Virus record (IMG/VR): IMGVR_UViG_3300044799_000410
Coordinates: 1-59,895 of that record
Length of the DNA: 59,895 nucleotides
Reading direction: 5' to 3' (one strand)
Source of the DNA: a virus
Lineage: Duplodnaviria > Caudoviricetes
Positions 9,030 to 18,717 of the stretch are shown piece by piece (the stretch's first letter is position 1; every line of letters begins with the position of its first letter). The notes beneath the pieces are model-generated. The model was not told where the DNA came from. It ran no database searches and saw only the letters and a list, made by a program, of their open reading frames with translations. The translations under genes were made by a program, and so were the position numbers.

Positions 9030-9692
9030 CTATATTCTTCTTATGGTGATGGAGGGTTCGCCATACTTGCGAGCCTGTTCTAGTTGCGGGACAAGAGCGA
9101 TCATTCCGTCCAACATGTCGTTATTCCAAGAGACGCGGCCCTTGACATAGACGGCCATGTAATATTGACCTTTGACGGTAACCCCAACATCTTTAGTTGC
9201 GACCTTGATCTCCTCGGTCAATTTCTTGATATTATCGTCCACAACCTCGGCCTTGCCCGCAAATTCCGCTTCTATTTCGGCGCGGCGTTGCTGGAGGGCG
9301 TCATAAACGCCCTTTGTTTCCGCCTCCACTTTGGCTTGGATTTCGGCCTTTGCGGTCTGAATTTGCTGGCGGACTTCGGCGTCTTGTTCTGCCCGTTTTG
9401 CGTTCACTTCGGCCCGTTGCCGATCAATTTCTGCGAGCGCGACTTTGATTTCTTCTGGGACAACAATCTTCGCCAAGTTCACTTCGGCTTCTTTCTGCTG
9501 TGCTTCAAAGGCAGGAATAAACGACATCTCAGCTTCGCCCATTTGCTTCATCCCGTTTTTGACAATTGTTTCAACTTCGGCAGGGATTTTAACTTCTTCG
9601 AGCAAGGCGTGTTTTTCGGATTCCAGCAGGTCCCGCCGCGCTTGATAATCTGCAAGTGTATCGAGCATGGTTTTAATATCGGTTTCGTTCAT
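9030..9692 (-). CDS. Coiled-coil protein, possibly Gam-like/recombination accessory
   Basis: Long helical heptads; C-terminal KGRVSW...GEPSITIR; adjacent to recombination-like gene. Confidence 0.45.
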   Translation of the reverse strand: MNETDIKTMLDTLADYQARRDLLESEKHALLEEVKIPAEVETIVKNGMKQMGEAEMSFIPAFEAQQKEAEVNLAKIVVPEEIKVALAEIDRQRAEVNAKRAEQDAEVRQQIQTAKAEIQAKVEAETKGVYDALQQRRAEIEAEFAGKAEVVDDNIKKLTEEIKVATKDVGVTVKGQYYMAVYVKGRVSWNNDMLDGMIALVPQLEQARKYGEPSITIRRI

Positions 9693-9693
9693 C

Positions 9694-11121
9694 TTATTCT
9701 TCCATTCCTGGTAGAACGGTTTGTCCCTTGGCGATCTGTTCCGCTTCCCAGACGGCCTTGAGTTCCCGGACGGCCATAGGATCAGGAGTATAACTTCCTC
9801 CCGTATCTTTTACGGGCTTGAGCCAATCAAGCATGGCGAGAATCTGAGGTCCGGTCATCTTCTTCGAGCTATCTACACCCCACAGGAACATTAAACAGGA
9901 ACGGCGAATCTTGGCGGCATCCGGATCCGGTGCAAAAGTATACTCCATCATGGACACCATAAGACCGACTTGACCAGGATTCGCTTCGCCTTTTTTATTG
10001 GATGCCTTTCGGACCAACATGGAACGGAGGGTTAACGGGATAAGTGGACGTTCAATTTGGGTGCCTTCCGTTGGAGGTGGTGGTGGCTCCACTAGACCTG
10101 CCGGCTGCTTGGGGAGTTCTCCTGGGCCTGCTGATTGCTGGGGCGGCTCCCCAACCGGAATAGGAGTAGGAGTTTTGTCCCGGACCTGCACGTCATAAAC
10201 ACCTGTGGTCTCTGGAGGAGCAAATCTACCTTCGTCCTCATGTTCACCTTCCAGTTCATCTTGATCAGGATTGAAGACTCCTTCAACCGTGGCTGGTAGC
10301 ATTGCCCTTGAGAGAAATTCGCCGGTGAGAGCATTCTTCGACATGCGTGCGAAGGCGTGTTTTACCCAATCAGGATCTGCCTTGATGTTAATCAGCCATT
10401 GTTTGACCCGTGAGGCTGTCCCATCTTCATGATTCCAGGTAATCTCCTTTTGTGAGCGATAGATTACGAAAGGAACGCCGCCAGCATTGCCACCATTGAT
10501 GAGATCGGCAATTGTCTGGATGCCGGCCAACTGGAGTTTGATATTCTGGCAGTCATACCAGGAGGTTGTTTTCAGGATGAACTGAACAAGTTCTCCAGCA
10601 TTGACCATATCCTCCAAAACGAGACGGAGTCGCCCACTGCACCTTACGGTCAACTCAAAATGTTTATTGCCTCGCTCGTATTTTATGATCTCTTTCGGCA
10701 GGAATTTTTTGAATGGCTGTCCATCTTTCACCAGGAATTTATTGCCATCGAGTGGGTCTTTCAGATAAATGTAATGGTCATCGTCGGCCAATCCCAAACG
10801 CCGGCCGGATTGGTAAATTTCATTCCCGTAATCCCAGGCCGCCCAAACGGATGTGGCCGGAACTACGGCACGTAATTCAAGTACCTCATAACCGTCCCTG
10901 ACCAGGTACTTTTCAGGATAGTTGACAAGTTGTTTGGCATGGGTTACGTGGAATGCGGCTTTGACAGTATCCGTTCCAGGAAGGAAATGTACCCTCATCT
11001 TCTGGCCGAGATCCTTCCCCATTACTTCGATCTCCTTATCTCCCTTCATGATTCTGTATTTCGGGGTCCCTTTCCGAATGTTAGCCACTTCCGGGAAGGC
11101 CATATCTTGTTTGCGAGACAT
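9694..11121 (-). CDS. Putative recombination protein (Gp3-like recombination directionality factor family)
   Basis: N-terminal IRKG; GRLRLVL...KTTSW..., GVPF; acidic Pro-rich linker; SD AAGGAG. Confidence 0.5.
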   Translation of the reverse strand: MSRKQDMAFPEVANIRKGTPKYRIMKGDKEIEVMGKDLGQKMRVHFLPGTDTVKAAFHVTHAKQLVNYPEKYLVRDGYEVLELRAVVPATSVWAAWDYGNEIYQSGRRLGLADDDHYIYLKDPLDGNKFLVKDGQPFKKFLPKEIIKYERGNKHFELTVRCSGRLRLVLEDMVNAGELVQFILKTTSWYDCQNIKLQLAGIQTIADLINGGNAGGVPFVIYRSQKEITWNHEDGTASRVKQWLINIKADPDWVKHAFARMSKNALTGEFLSRAMLPATVEGVFNPDQDELEGEHEDEGRFAPPETTGVYDVQVRDKTPTPIPVGEPPQQSAGPGELPKQPAGLVEPPPPPTEGTQIERPLIPLTLRSMLVRKASNKKGEANPGQVGLMVSMMEYTFAPDPDAAKIRRSCLMFLWGVDSSKKMTGPQILAMLDWLKPVKDTGGSYTPDPMAVRELKAVWEAEQIAKGQTVLPGMEE

Positions 11122-11122
11122 A

Positions 11123-11458
11123 TTATTCTCCTTCTGCTTTTTTAATCCTGGCTCCAAATGATTTGAGCAATTCAGTCACAGTGAGTCCGGTGCGCTTTTC
11201 ATCGGGGTGCAGCCAGGGGAGTGCATCCCGAAGTGCGTCTAAAGCAAGTTGATATTGGTGATCATTATTCCAGATGTACCATTCGACAAATTTTCGCGAG
11301 ATGAAACCGGGACCGGTATTTTTGCATTCAATGCAGTAGACGTTCACGATCTGCGGATTTTCCTTATCTTCCTGCCTGTAATTCAATTCTCCCCAGCAAG
11401 CAGCACAAAGGTAATCCCGTTTCATGTCATGCGCAGACCAATAGCTCATTATAGTCAT
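11123..11458 (-). CDS. Zn-finger hypothetical protein
   Basis: CAAC and CIEC pairs. Confidence 0.6.
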   Translation of the reverse strand: MTIMSYWSAHDMKRDYLCAACWGELNYRQEDKENPQIVNVYCIECKNTGPGFISRKFVEWYIWNNDHQYQLALDALRDALPWLHPDEKRTGLTVTELLKSFGARIKKAEGE

Positions 11459-11473
11459 GGTTCATTTCCGAAA

Positions 11474-11797
11474 TCAGAAGTCATCGTTTTCTTTGGCTGT
11501 CTCCTCGGCTTTCTCCTCAGAATGTTCTTTGAGGGTAATTTCCCAAAAAGCCATCCACTTTTTAGCTTTCTCGTTTATGGGTTCAATATCCTTTTCAGTG
11601 ATGCGGACTCCACATGATCTACAATAGAGTTGGGAGATATTCAATCTTCCATGGCGCATTCGGAGGGTAGATAGGAAAACATAGTTTCCGCAGACCGTGT
11701 GCCGGATAATTGCATCTCCTTTGACCTTTTCAAGACCAGTTGCATCACCATCGGATTTTGGATTTTGATTATGATCATCCATTAATAAAACCATCAA
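11474..11797 (-). CDS. Zn-ribbon hypothetical protein
   Basis: HTVC and CRSC. Confidence 0.55.
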   Translation of the reverse strand: MMVLLMDDHNQNPKSDGDATGLEKVKGDAIIRHTVCGNYVFLSTLRMRHGRLNISQLYCRSCGVRITEKDIEPINEKAKKWMAFWEITLKEHSEEKAEETAKENDDF

Positions 11798-12898
11798 TCA
11801 AAAGAGGGTCGTCTGGATATTAGGAGATAACCACATACATTCTATGGTCGGCTTTGCATGTCCTGCTCGACTGCTCCTCGAGACAAAGCGCCAATCCTTA
11901 TATAACATCAAATAGAGATCTGATGAATAACCGCTGATGATGGCCATCCCCATAATATTATGCAGGGCATCGGCCAGCCTCACATGATCTTCTTCTGTTA
12001 TCTCATTCCGGTATTTGACACTCGAAGAACTGCGCGTTTTGATCAGGTAGGGAGGATCTGCATAGAATAATGTTGTGGATTTGTCAAAGTCACGGATGAG
12101 ATCGATGGCAGGTCTTTGTTCAATCGTCACTCCCTGCATTCGTTTTGAAAAGGCAGCAATATTTTCCGAGAAGTTCATCCAATCATTTGCGCCGGTGACT
12201 CCACTCTGGCTATTGCGCCTTATTCGGAAACCGGCGTGGGCTCTGGTGATCCCGTCGGATCCATGGCTGGCGAATGATCGGAAAATGATTCGTCTGGAGT
12301 TCTCTATCGGGTCCGGGCTGACTTCATAGGCCAAATCAAATTCTTTCCTGGAATAAGGTGTCAGAGCCAATAGTCTGGCTAATTCTGCGGCCTGCTGTGG
12401 GTCCCGCAGAACACGAAATACATCGCAAATCTCACCGTCAATATCATTATAAACCTCACCTTGTGAACGTGGTTTTGCCATGAGAACACTGCCGGCACCA
12501 CCATAAAGGTCTACGAAAAGCTGGTGAGCCGGAAAATGGGAAACAACCCAACGGCGGATGGCAAACTTTCCACCGGGGTAACGCATTATCGGACGCTTGA
12601 TCTTGGAAGTCTCTCCGTTTTTAGAACGGCATAATTTCTTCTTGAGCTGATTCTCATTTTCTTGGAATCGTTCAGTAATAATACGTTTTCCTATTTTGAT
12701 GCAATGACGACATTCCAGATATTCACTGATGATGTCATTGCCGCACCATTGGAAAACTGCCTGGGAAGATATTCTGGCCCCGCACATAGATCGTCCATCC
12801 ATGTGAAGATGCACAGGACCGCCTCGTTTTTCACCTGGAACGCCATAATAACCCGTGAAAATCTTGTTCCACTTTGCTATCTTGAATTGTGTTGTCAT
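11798..12898 (-). CDS. D12-class (Dam-like) N6-adenine DNA methyltransferase with N-terminal Cys/His domain
   Basis: RYPGGK, DLYGGAGSV, YNDID, FYADPPY motifs; likely start MTTQF at 12898 with SD GGAG. Confidence 0.9.
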   Translation of the reverse strand: MTTQFKIAKWNKIFTGYYGVPGEKRGGPVHLHMDGRSMCGARISSQAVFQWCGNDIISEYLECRHCIKIGKRIITERFQENENQLKKKLCRSKNGETSKIKRPIMRYPGGKFAIRRWVVSHFPAHQLFVDLYGGAGSVLMAKPRSQGEVYNDIDGEICDVFRVLRDPQQAAELARLLALTPYSRKEFDLAYEVSPDPIENSRRIIFRSFASHGSDGITRAHAGFRIRRNSQSGVTGANDWMNFSENIAAFSKRMQGVTIEQRPAIDLIRDFDKSTTLFYADPPYLIKTRSSSSVKYRNEITEEDHVRLADALHNIMGMAIISGYSSDLYLMLYKDWRFVSRSSRAGHAKPTIECMWLSPNIQTTLF

Positions 12899-12911
12899 CT
12901 GATTGCTCCGA

Positions 12912-13775
12912 TCAAAACATCTGTTCCTGTATAAGATCATCTGGGACGTTCTCCTCTTTGATGGCTGTTCGCATATCGCTGCGCTTCCTTCCTTTGACCA
13001 TTGCCCCACAGCCGGCACTGGTCAGCAGAGTGCGTTTCAGCATATCCGCGTCGCCAAAATTACCCTTTTCCAACATCTGGACAAATACGTCGAGTACGGG
13101 TAGGCCCTCAGGTGTAAGCATGTTGATTATACCGGGGACGTTTTCAAAGATTATTGTCCTGGGTTGAATTTCCAGCACGAGTCGGGCAAACTCGAATACC
13201 AGACTATTACGGGGATCCATCACATTGCGTTTACCAGCCATACTGAAACCCTGGCAGGGCGGTGAACCCATCACCACGTCAATCTCACCGACCTTCTTTC
13301 CGACTTCTTCCAGGATGCGTTTCCCGGTCAACTTGCGCACGTCGCCGACGATAAAAACGCCTACACCAGGCATGTCGGGATGACCCCGAATCCAGCCGCC
13401 CCCGGTGGTAAAGGCATGGCTGATCGTTTTCTTCTTGTCGTCTACCTTCATCTGTTTGCGCAGTTCCTTCTCCATTCTGGCTTTATCATCTGGCTCCAGA
13501 AATACAAAACGCATTGGGTAGGCACCGAGATTATGAGTATATGTGATTGCGGCAATTACATCATTATCCACGCCTGCCAGGATTTGAATCCCAGATTGCA
13601 TAGATCCCAAACTAAATCCGCCACAACCCGCAAATAGATCAATGCCTACCGGCCTGGGTTTGGGGATGGCGCTTTTGGGAATCAATATGCCATCTTTTAT
13701 TACCCAGTCAGAGGATGAAAATGTACCTTTAGTTTCTTGCTCCACTGGCAAGCGCAGGATAGGAGATATTAGCAT
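12912..13775 (-). CDS. C5-cytosine DNA methyltransferase, N-terminal half only
   Basis: Motif I DLFAGCGG, motif IV GSPPCQGFS, motif VI FENVPG; motifs VIII, IX, X and TRD not seen. Confidence 0.8.
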   Translation of the reverse strand: MLISPILRLPVEQETKGTFSSSDWVIKDGILIPKSAIPKPRPVGIDLFAGCGGFSLGSMQSGIQILAGVDNDVIAAITYTHNLGAYPMRFVFLEPDDKARMEKELRKQMKVDDKKKTISHAFTTGGGWIRGHPDMPGVGVFIVGDVRKLTGKRILEEVGKKVGEIDVVMGSPPCQGFSMAGKRNVMDPRNSLVFEFARLVLEIQPRTIIFENVPGIINMLTPEGLPVLDVFVQMLEKGNFGDADMLKRTLLTSAGCGAMVKGRKRSDMRTAIKEENVPDDLIQEQMF

Positions 13776-14117
13776 TTATGTTTTTGCCTTGTTCTTTTCG
13801 GGAATGTCAACTGTTTGGTCTGGTAGATGCAATTGTTGGTTTTGGGGCTTCTCGAAATCATAGACAATAGTGCAGTGGCCATCCTTTTCTTTTTTCTTAA
13901 TCATCTCCAGATGATACGCGAAATCGGTTTCAAAGTGTTCCCAGCATTCTTGCGAGAATCCAGATAAAACAACTGATCCGCAACCCGGACATTCCCAAGA
14001 ATCGGCGGACCAAATCTTATAGGGACGGGGTGGATCATTGAACATCTCTACCAAATAAACATCATTACTTTTGACGCGGAATTCTGTCTGACAATGAACA
14101 CAAATTAATTTATTCAT
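13776..14117 (-). CDS. Zn-ribbon hypothetical protein
   Basis: CVHC and CPGC; start MNKLIC. Confidence 0.65.
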   Translation of the reverse strand: MNKLICVHCQTEFRVKSNDVYLVEMFNDPPRPYKIWSADSWECPGCGSVVLSGFSQECWEHFETDFAYHLEMIKKKEKDGHCTIVYDFEKPQNQQLHLPDQTVDIPEKNKAKT

Positions 14118-14568
14118 GGTATTTCCTTCCACAGAATGGACAATATGTGACGAAAACAGTAATCGGTTTTCCTCGCTTCTTGGTTGTATCGTCTTTTGTT
14201 GTTGCAATGACCAACCGTGGTGGTAGAACTTGGCCTGTTTGCATATTTATAGTTACGGGAACCTCAAGAATAGTATTGGTATTGTTTTTGCGAAGTATCT
14301 CATTGGTTCTTTCGATGCAATTACAAGCGGGGATTTCTCCCAATCTCTTGGAAGCCTCCCCGATCTTCGCCAGCAAGTCACCAGCAAGGAATGGATATTC
14401 TTCCTTGCATGAAATTATATAAGCCTCAATGGCTGGAATAGCAAAAATATCATGAGTTAGATCTAAAACAAAATATTCGCAACCATCATGTTTTTCACCA
14501 GGCGCATCTCTACCGTCCCTGCGCTTCACGATAAACTTATCTATCAAACCTTTCGTTTTATCGCCCAT
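14110..14568 (-). CDS. Hypothetical phage protein
   Basis: YFVLDLTHD..A..A motif common in phage proteins; C-terminal CPFCG; SD AAGGAG. Confidence 0.7.
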   Translation of the reverse strand: MGDKTKGLIDKFIVKRRDGRDAPGEKHDGCEYFVLDLTHDIFAIPAIEAYIISCKEEYPFLAGDLLAKIGEASKRLGEIPACNCIERTNEILRKNNTNTILEVPVTINMQTGQVLPPRLVIATTKDDTTKKRGKPITVFVTYCPFCGRKYHE

Positions 14569-14592
14569 CGGAATCTCCTTTTGGAGCGGATA

Positions 14593-14868
14593 TTAGCCCG
14601 CCTCCTGTAATAATAGACTGGTTTCATTGACCATAACCCAATATTTGTGATTGGGGATGGTTGCACGCTTTAGAATATTGGCAACTTCCATACTCAACCC
14701 TAACATGGGAACATATTGCCGTAGGAGAGATTTGGGAATTCCCGATTTTAGGGCATTCCTACCTGTTTCCTGGCTATTCCAACCAAACGGATTACAATGC
14801 AGTCCATAGAGGCGGCGGTATGGATTTTTGCGCCAATCAAGGTTGACAAAAAATCTCATTTCCATCAT
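14593..14868 (-). CDS. Hypothetical protein
   Basis: ORF filling the gap in the leftward operon. Confidence 0.4.
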   Translation of the reverse strand: MMEMRFFVNLDWRKNPYRRLYGLHCNPFGWNSQETGRNALKSGIPKSLLRQYVPMLGLSMEVANILKRATIPNHKYWVMVNETSLLLQEAG

Positions 14869-14874
14869 TTTATC

Positions 14875-16623
14875 CTATCCAAACAAATTATCATTGGCCT
14901 TGACTCGTGAGGGGGCTGTGACTACCACCAATTTTCGCGCCGATAATCGTTGCAGGTAGGTATCCCGGCTGGAACGTGCATATCCTGTTTCATTGCTGAT
15001 ATTTTCCCGCTCGACCTCCTTCGGATATTCATTGCAAATCACCTGTAGGATCTTCGCCTCCCCGCCATGCAACTTGTTCAGCCAATATTCCCGGAGTTCA
15101 TCACCGGTCGGAAGTTGCTGAAAGTTCGGACCAAGAGCCTCGGTGCCGGCAACAGTGATATAAACCGGTCCCCCGAATGGAGTAAAGGTAACGAAACCTT
15201 TTGTCACCAGCCTCTGTAGATAGGTATCCCTACTGGACCGTTTGTAGCCGGTAAGGATTGTCAACTGTTCACGGGTGACGCCCTCTGGATATTGGGCGCA
15301 CGCCGTTAGGATCTTCACTTCGCCGACCGGCAACCTCCCATTCGCGGCATATTTCCAGTCATCTGTATCGGGTCGGACTGCATTCTCTCTCCTGATTGGA
15401 TCAGCCGGCAATCTGATCTGAATGTTTTGGGTGGGAGGAAGGGGTCTGGTCACTTTCCTGGCTTGGGAAATTTGTTCTAATAAAACTCGCGAGGCGGCTA
15501 TCCACTCTGTGCCTTTTTCTCCCATTGTGGCCAACAAAGCACGTGTGGTTGTCACCAATTCTGTACCTTTTTCTCCCATTACGGTGGCCACACTTTCCAG
15601 TCTATCCAGATCCGCTTGCTGAAATACGGGGATCTCGACCAATCTCTCCTCGACCTGTGGAACGGTAACGGTCGGGCGAATAGACAATTCTTTTTTTAGG
15701 ACGCCAATTTGTTTCCTCAATTCGGCCTCGTTCATGGCCTTCTGTTCGGCTTCCTTGGGGAGATCTGATAATTTGGGTAGTAGAGATCTGATCTTTTCTG
15801 GAGACGGCGGAGGTGTCAAGGCAGATTTTGTGTCTCCAGGTTCGGGATGAGTAGTCGTGATCGCTCCCACTTTTACCAAGATGCGTTCTTTGCTGATCGC
15901 ACGTCCGAGTGCGAAGAAGTTGCCTGGTTCAATCACTTTCACTTCATTATAGAATAATTTTGCCTCTGGTCCTGAAATGCCTAATGCGTCGGCTGCCCGT
16001 TTCAAGTCAATGTCAATGAATGTCTGGCCGATCAAAACATTAGTCAGTTCGGCCGCGGCATCCTTACGCAACTTACCAAGACGCTGGGTGGCAAGGATAG
16101 CGCAGAATCCACGTTTTCGCCCTCGTGTGCATAATGCAATAATGGACTCGCTGGATTCTGACTCTCCCGATCCTTTCTCCGGCGCGAAGGCATGTGCCTC
16201 ATCGACAATCACCAATAGGGGATGCCAAAGTTCTTTCGGGGAATCGATCAATGCTTCCAAGAATAGGCGAACCCAGCGGTGCCTCTCGGCACTTTTCATC
16301 TCATAAAGATCACAGACGGCTGAGGTATTCAACTCCAGCAGCCGATGAGCCAACATCTGTGCTGAACGCGTGTCGGCTGGCGTGTCACCGCCTTTTCCGA
16401 CCAGAATAAAATCGAATCTCTCCCGCAGCGTGGCAAATTCGCCTTCTGGGTCAATAATAATGGTCTGGATAGCGCCGGCAGCCTGCTCGACAATGCGCCG
16501 GATGGTGTAACTTTTTCCACCGCCCGAATTCGCCTGTATGAGTAGTCTGGTCTTGAGCAAGGTATCCAAGTCGATATAAATATCCGATGATCTGTTACTT
16601 TTCCCAAGATTTATTTTGGTCAT
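14875..16623 (-). CDS. HerA/DUF87-like P-loop ATPase with two C-terminal winged-helix repeats
   Basis: ANSGGGKS Walker A, IIDPEGE, VDEAH Walker B, RGRKRG, ATQR; duplicated GE.KIL...TGY.RSSRDTYLQRL. Confidence 0.85.
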   Translation of the reverse strand: MTKINLGKSNRSSDIYIDLDTLLKTRLLIQANSGGGKSYTIRRIVEQAAGAIQTIIIDPEGEFATLRERFDFILVGKGGDTPADTRSAQMLAHRLLELNTSAVCDLYEMKSAERHRWVRLFLEALIDSPKELWHPLLVIVDEAHAFAPEKGSGESESSESIIALCTRGRKRGFCAILATQRLGKLRKDAAAELTNVLIGQTFIDIDLKRAADALGISGPEAKLFYNEVKVIEPGNFFALGRAISKERILVKVGAITTTHPEPGDTKSALTPPPSPEKIRSLLPKLSDLPKEAEQKAMNEAELRKQIGVLKKELSIRPTVTVPQVEERLVEIPVFQQADLDRLESVATVMGEKGTELVTTTRALLATMGEKGTEWIAASRVLLEQISQARKVTRPLPPTQNIQIRLPADPIRRENAVRPDTDDWKYAANGRLPVGEVKILTACAQYPEGVTREQLTILTGYKRSSRDTYLQRLVTKGFVTFTPFGGPVYITVAGTEALGPNFQQLPTGDELREYWLNKLHGGEAKILQVICNEYPKEVERENISNETGYARSSRDTYLQRLSARKLVVVTAPSRVKANDNLFG

Positions 16624-16636
16624 TGCTCTATCCCTC

Positions 16637-17089
16637 TCAATTGATTTCGTCCATGCCGCTGGCCTGGACCTCATCTTTGAGTTTAACTTCCCATGTCTCA
16701 CCGCATGAACAGGTGATGGTGACCGTCCCCGTTATTTGGTACATGTGCTTCATGTAGCGCATTGACGTGATCGGATTCCCGTTCCGGTCAGTGTTCTTAT
16801 AATAATCTTCGGTTTCCCAGGAGCATTCCACGCTCAATTCATATTCCTCCCGATCTTCCTGTTTCTCATCTGATTCATGAGCGGCCAGATGTTCGACTGC
16901 CTCAGGGGAAGTTTCCTCGAGGAAATTGAAGGTGGTTTCTTTCATCTCGCCGGAGCATTCTGCGCAGACCAGGACCAGCCGGACTTCGGCCTCCACCAAT
17001 CCCTCATTGCTGACGCTGAGAGACTGTTCCTCGGGCTCCTGGACTTCCAGGCCAACGAATTTATTGCAATTAGGACATCGGTTACTCAT
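16637..17089 (-). CDS. Acidic Zn-binding hypothetical protein
   Basis: CPNC, CAEC and CSC motifs. Confidence 0.65.
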   Translation of the reverse strand: MSNRCPNCNKFVGLEVQEPEEQSLSVSNEGLVEAEVRLVLVCAECSGEMKETTFNFLEETSPEAVEHLAAHESDEKQEDREEYELSVECSWETEDYYKNTDRNGNPITSMRYMKHMYQITGTVTITCSCGETWEVKLKDEVQASGMDEIN

Positions 17090-17264
17090 TTTTATTTTCC
17101 CGTGTTATTAGATTGTGTCTTTCTAGGTATTCAATAAGTGCCTCCCGTTGTAACGCGGCAGCAGTCACCTTTACAAAACGATTGCTTTGGCGCTCCGCTT
17201 CTTTCTTGAATATCTCAAGAATTTCTTCTGGAACTTTGATGTTTATCAAACCCTTCATCGCCAT
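17082..17264 (-). CDS. Ribbon-helix-helix (Arc/CopG-like) transcriptional regulator
   Basis: INIKVPEEI...AAALQREALIEYL pattern; SD AGGAG; own promoter. Confidence 0.65.
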   Translation of the reverse strand: MAMKGLINIKVPEEILEIFKKEAERQSNRFVKVTAAALQREALIEYLERHNLITRENKNE

Positions 17265-17283
17265 ATCGTCTCCTATACTATGC

Positions 17284-17320
17284 TTGACGGCAGTATAGTA
17301 TGTCGCTATAATTTTGTCAA
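17284..17320. promoter_or_regulatory. Two fully overlapping divergent sigma70 promoters
   Basis: Plus: TTGACG(17284)-17 bp-TATAAT(17307); minus: TTGACA(17320)-17 bp-TATACT(17297). Confidence 0.85.
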
Positions 17321-17325
17321 GGATA

Positions 17326-18057
17326 ATGGCTATCATTTTCAAAAACTCGCAGATCAAGAAGGAAGATTTGGCTTTATGGTATGATTATCAAATCGAGATT
17401 GGCCAAAAATTAGGAATCAAAATGTTGCCCGATGATGATTATGTTATCCTTGACCAACTGTTCATGAACAGGGACAAGAACTCATTTTCGATAGGGTTCG
17501 AGGGAAATAAAATACTCAATCGTTGGATGCTGACAGATCGCTTTTCCCAAGAGAACGATAGAGTGCCATTGCGTACTGTGTTGACGGCTCTTCTGGATGA
17601 ATTGGCTGGCTATGATCTGGATGGGACTCCGCATCCAGGAAGATATACAAGATTTTATGCCTCGGTCGAATCGGCCCGTGACAGAATCGCCACCTATATT
17701 CGAGTCACTAGGTTCTTTGATGCTGACCGCTGCGCAGAATTGCCGCAATTCCCACAACCGGTCACATTTAGCGTGCTGTCAGCCTGCCTGGTGGGAGGAG
17801 AATGGCCGTATGCGGATGACGAAAAAACAATGGAACGGCTCTTGTGGTCTCTTGAAAACCGAGCCAATCCCACGCAGATTTATGACCACTTCCTCGGGCG
17901 CGAGGGGGAAACGGCTGAGACGAAAATCCTACGACGCCTGGTGAAGATATGCGAGAAATATCTTGCACTTTCCGAAAAAGTTCGGGGAGATTCTTCTGAA
18001 CTAGCCAAACAAATAAGGGCGATCCTGAGGTATATCCAGCATGGTGAAACAAGATAA
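17326..18057 (+). CDS. Hypothetical protein
   Basis: 243-aa ORF directly behind the plus-strand promoter. Confidence 0.7.
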   Translation: MAIIFKNSQIKKEDLALWYDYQIEIGQKLGIKMLPDDDYVILDQLFMNRDKNSFSIGFEGNKILNRWMLTDRFSQENDRVPLRTVLTALLDELAGYDLDGTPHPGRYTRFYASVESARDRIATYIRVTRFFDADRCAELPQFPQPVTFSVLSACLVGGEWPYADDEKTMERLLWSLENRANPTQIYDHFLGREGETAETKILRRLVKICEKYLALSEKVRGDSSELAKQIRAILRYIQHGETR

Positions 18058-18376
18058 AAAAGCGATTTTTCTCTATTACTGGCGCGCTGTCGCGCCTGGA
18101 GAAGCTGAACCAGTCCCTGAATATCGGTTTTCAACGCGCAGATGGAGGTTCGATTATGCCTGGCTGGACCAGAAGGTGGCCATAGAGATTGAAGGAGGGG
18201 TATTTGTTCGAGGCGCACATACACGAGGTGCCCATTACACCTCTGACCTCGAAAAGTATAATGCTGCCACGGCTCTGGATTGGCGAGTATTCCGGTTTAC
18301 CCCGGATATGTTACAGGATAATCCTGATCAGTGTATTGGTATGGTTCGGGATGCTCTCTACGGACGCTGCGAATAA
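18041..18376 (+). CDS. Vsr/DUF559-like endonuclease
   Basis: EYRF..RRWRFDYAW...VAIEIEGG...H...D.EKYN...WRVFRFT. Confidence 0.85.
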   Translation: MVKQDKKAIFLYYWRAVAPGEAEPVPEYRFSTRRWRFDYAWLDQKVAIEIEGGVFVRGAHTRGAHYTSDLEKYNAATALDWRVFRFTPDMLQDNPDQCIGMVRDALYGRCE

Positions 18377-18717
18377 TGGTTAATATCATGTCGGACGCTG
18401 TAATGATGTTTGATGACGAAGAACGCTTTTGTCCTTGCGGCGATCCTCTACCTCCCTCCAAAAAGGGAGGGCGGCGGAAGTGGTGTGATAAATGCCGGAA
18501 GGATGGAAGCGCAGAGGCGCACCGTCGCGCTGGGCGGGCATATTACCATAAGTGTAAGCGTCGAAAGAATAAGATCCAAGATTCCCGCGTCTTACTCTCT
18601 CGGATCAGTGATGAATATCTACGACTTAAACTGGCTGGTCGAATTAAAAAGCCCTCCAATGAATACAATATATTCCATGATAAACAGGTCTATGAAAGTG
18701 ATAATCATATTAAATAA
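18376..18717 (+). CDS. Basic Zn-finger protein
   Basis: CPCG and CDKC; TAATG coupling to upstream gene. Confidence 0.55.
   Translation: MVNIMSDAVMMFDDEERFCPCGDPLPPSKKGGRRKWCDKCRKDGSAEAHRRAGRAYYHKCKRRKNKIQDSRVLLSRISDEYLRLKLAGRIKKPSNEYNIFHDKQVYESDNHIK

Noticed and set aside
9084-9761. 225-aa plus-strand ORF
   Set aside because: Antisense shadow of the coiled-coil gene 9030-9692
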